Assembly (NCBI GenBank): GCA_963996245.1
Contig: CAXEIY010000142.1
Span: 5,006 to 69,005 of the forward strand
DNA length: 64,000 nucleotides
Direction: 5' to 3'
Origin: an uncultured Planctomycetia bacterium
Lineage (GTDB): Bacteria > Planctomycetota > Planctomycetia > CAXEIY01
Shown here: in pieces, positions 61,326 to 64,000 of the stretch
How the letters are laid out: each line of letters opens with the position of its first letter
Numbering within the stretch: position 1 is the first letter of the stretch
Program-made: the position numbers and the translations under genes
The notes under the pieces: model-generated
Databases searched by the model: none
What the model was told of the DNA's origin: nothing
Seen by the model: the letters and a program-made list of their open reading frames with translations, nothing else

Positions 61326-61527
61326 CGTATGACCACCACCTTTTCAATATGACATCCTCTAGCCACAGACTCCGTTACGAGGGTCCCTCCATCCGTGTTG
61401 TACTCTACAGACCGGGCTTCTCACGCTTGTTTCACTTCATGGATAAACACCGGAAGCCACACATCACAGCAGGCTCTTACTTACTAATTGATTCGCTTCA
61501 CAATTCAGCATGATGGTTTTCTTTCTT

Positions 61528-63132
61528 TTATGTATCCTTCAAAAACTGATGGATGACATTGGAGGTTATCCTGGCAACGTGATCATCGACTAAAATACAA
61601 GCAGGCCAGGTGATCGACCCCACCGAAAACACTGCTCCTTTACTGGGTGTGTCAAAATGCACCATGTCTGCCCCACCTTGATCGGGATTAGTTCCCTGTG
61701 CAAGTCGATGTACATTTTTTGGAGACTGATCAGAAACCTTATCTGTTTCATGACCTGAAGCTCCGCCCGGAACGCGCATATGCAGGCTGCGTTCACCAAA
61801 GGTATCCCCATTTTTCAGATTGGTCCCCTTGAAGCACCAGTGTGAATCATCGACCACACGATACGGGGCCCCCGTCATGATACCTGGAAATGAAAAGACC
61901 ACTCCAAGAAGATTGGCTTCCGATTCGTATCTTTTGTCAAAACGACTCTCATAGTTGCTGCCATCAGGAGCCACTTGCGTTTCAGAGTGACTCCATCGCG
62001 TATTTTGATAGACAATGCGATGGTCATCGAGAAATTCGATCTCGCAATTTAAACCGTTACCACCGAGGTACATTAGTTTGCCACCGCAATCAAAGACCCA
62101 TTTTTTCAGACGATCGTACATCGGACGAGACCAGTATTCCGGATGGGTACTGATGACAAGAATCTGATATGCATCCAGAGGTAACTGATCAAAATGAAAG
62201 TGTGATTCGGCATACAGGTCGTGGGTAAATCCTTCCCGTTCCATCCAGCCCAGCAACCGCCATTCCGCAGCTGCCAAGTGACAGCCCTGTCGACCCGCAA
62301 TAGGACTATTCAGGTGTTCCTGTTCATCGATGTGATTGTATGGGTCGGGCCGGTCCATCGAAAGCGGAGCGAAGCTCTCAGAATCATACGTGCGATGTTC
62401 TTCTTCGGTGTATCTCTTGAGTTCCAGACGGGAATTAACGGTTGGTGTATCGGGAAAACAGTCCGCATGAATGTAATTGCTGCGGCCGCCAAAACTGTTA
62501 TATGCATTCCAGGTGATATCGGATGCAAGAACCGCTATGGATGCTTGTGGTCGAGACGGAGCAACGATCCACGGAAAAGCAAAAAAATCTCCCGATTTGG
62601 TTCGGGCATGTAAAAAATATAGCCCTGACTGTTCCGGAGCTTCAACCTGCTGTTTGTGCGCTTTACTGTGATAGCCATGTTTGTTCCAGTGTACCCCACT
62701 CTGGGTATAGTCCCCGTCGGGTGTAATCTGCATGGTTGCCCTTGGCCCGTGTTCATCAAACGTACCCAGACGACGGATAAATTCTTTTTCTACTCCGTAT
62801 CTCCATAGCTCGAGTTCGTATTCTTCAACCGCATGAACACGAAACTCCGCCCGTTCACCTGCTTTCACATATTTGGGCCACATGTATCCAAACAACGTAT
62901 CGGACAACAATCGAAAATGATGAGGGTGCTCTTCGCTGACCTCGACATCGACGATTTTTGACCCATACCCGTCTTTCCCAATAACCACTTCATAATTACC
63001 CGCGTCAAGCTCCGCGTGTACCGCACCAGAAATAGTAGAACGCGTCGGGTAAACGCTTCCTTCCCTGCGAAATTCCAACATGACATCCGCGAGCGCCTCA
63101 TAGCGTTCATTACTCACCCAACCAACCAACAT
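61528..63132 (-). CDS. N,N-dimethylformamidase large-subunit-like protein with N-terminal carboxypeptidase-regulatory-like domain
   Basis: SGLYFLH, TWNAYNSFGGRSNY, PLSMDRP, HPEYWS, LMYLGGN, GHETD, GAVFSVGSITW. ATG 63132 has a GGGAG RBS. Confidence 0.75.
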   Translation of the reverse strand: MLVGWVSNERYEALADVMLEFRREGSVYPTRSTISGAVHAELDAGNYEVVIGKDGYGSKIVDVEVSEEHPHHFRLLSDTLFGYMWPKYVKAGERAEFRVHAVEEYELELWRYGVEKEFIRRLGTFDEHGPRATMQITPDGDYTQSGVHWNKHGYHSKAHKQQVEAPEQSGLYFLHARTKSGDFFAFPWIVAPSRPQASIAVLASDITWNAYNSFGGRSNYIHADCFPDTPTVNSRLELKRYTEEEHRTYDSESFAPLSMDRPDPYNHIDEQEHLNSPIAGRQGCHLAAAEWRLLGWMEREGFTHDLYAESHFHFDQLPLDAYQILVISTHPEYWSRPMYDRLKKWVFDCGGKLMYLGGNGLNCEIEFLDDHRIVYQNTRWSHSETQVAPDGSNYESRFDKRYESEANLLGVVFSFPGIMTGAPYRVVDDSHWCFKGTNLKNGDTFGERSLHMRVPGGASGHETDKVSDQSPKNVHRLAQGTNPDQGGADMVHFDTPSKGAVFSVGSITWPACILVDDHVARITSNVIHQFLKDT

Positions 63133-63515
63133 AACCTGATCTCCCATTGTTCTAATGGCATGTGACAAATTCACTTCTTCAAACACAGGATCTATTCGTC
63201 ATGATTTTCACGAATCAACTCCCTTCACACAAGCCCCTCCCTGATTATTAAACTTTCTGTGCCATACAGCGACTGTCCACCTGGAAGATCTGATACCTGA
63301 CACGGTGTCCGCTCTGAACTGGCAATCGGTCCAGTAACTGTCAATGGCAATTATTTCGATCCTGGCACGTGTTTTAGATCGATATATCTAAAGAGACTTG
63401 CAGCAAAAGCTTCAAAGAAGGACAATGAACGGCAGGGTTACTTTGTATTTTATGTGTACGTTATTCGGTCTACCGTGAACCGGGGACCGCGATCAACCCT
63501 TGGGGAGAACCAACG

Positions 63516-64000
63516 GTGTTTACCATTCTTGGTGGAAAAAACCAGTTTTGCGACGGTGTCTCAAGAAGACATTTCCTACAGGTAGGTGGCTTGGCCATGG
63601 GAGGTATCTCCCTGCCCCAGATGCTGCGTGCGGAGGCAGCAGCCGGTATCCAGTCCTCCCACAAAGCCATTATCATGGTTCTTTGTCCAGGCGGTCCGCC
63701 TCATCTGGACATGTATGATCTAAAACCTCACGCTCCGGCGGAAATCAGAGGGGAATTTAATCCCATTGAAACGTCCGTTCCAGGTATTGAAATCTGTGAG
63801 CTGATGCCTGAAATGGCAAAAATTATGGACAAACTGATTGTTGTGCGTTCTCTCTACGGAGGATTGAACGATCACAACGTCCACCAATGCCTCACGGGAT
63901 GGGAAACCCATCCCCAACAAGGTGACTCGGTCGAACGAGCGGGCTTCCCTCCTGGCGGATGGCCGACCCCCGGTGCCGTACTGTCACACACCTTCGGCCC
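63516..64000 (+). CDS. DUF1501 domain protein (3' end outside window; not in the ORF track)
   Basis: GTG 63516 with GGGGAG RBS; MFTILGGKNQFCDGVSRRHFLQVGG...GGPPHLDMYDLKP..PAEIRGEF; frame open to the window end. Confidence 0.9.
   Translation, partial: MFTILGGKNQFCDGVSRRHFLQVGGLAMGGISLPQMLRAEAAAGIQSSHKAIIMVLCPGGPPHLDMYDLKPHAPAEIRGEFNPIETSVPGIEICELMPEMAKIMDKLIVVRSLYGGLNDHNVHQCLTGWETHPQQGDSVERAGFPPGGWPTPGAVLSHTFG

Overview
Core/accessory chromosomal segment of a Planctomycetota bacterium. The assignment is inferred from the lineage-typical DUF1501 (x3), DUF1549/DUF1553, PVC-type heme CxxCH, DUF2617 and DUF4159 genes. The window holds about 46 protein genes (two truncated by the window edges), one tRNA-Arg(UCG) and one frameshifted YHYH-domain gene remnant just downstream of the tRNA. 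Recognisable housekeeping genes are moaB, acpP-fabF, polA-coaE-rho, queC, tadA, proB, purF, moeA, mcsA-mcsB and coaD, plus a WcaJ-type phosphoglycosyltransferase and a TrmH-family methyltransferase. I saw no transposase, integrase, prophage gene, CRISPR array or rRNA, and no single unmistakable novel multi-gene system. The best leads are: an orphan, divergent YqeC (selenium-dependent Mo-hydroxylase accessory protein); a dimethylformamidase-large-subunit-like Fe amidase without a small subunit; a Gfo/Idh/MocA plus class III aminotransferase pair; a putative GT-C membrane protein divergent from wcaJ; a stand-alone 14-repeat WD40 protein; a cysteine-less class V PLP lyase upstream of coaD; a proofreading-dead PolA; and several structured intergenic elements. 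All family assignments come from motif recognition by eye, not from database searches.
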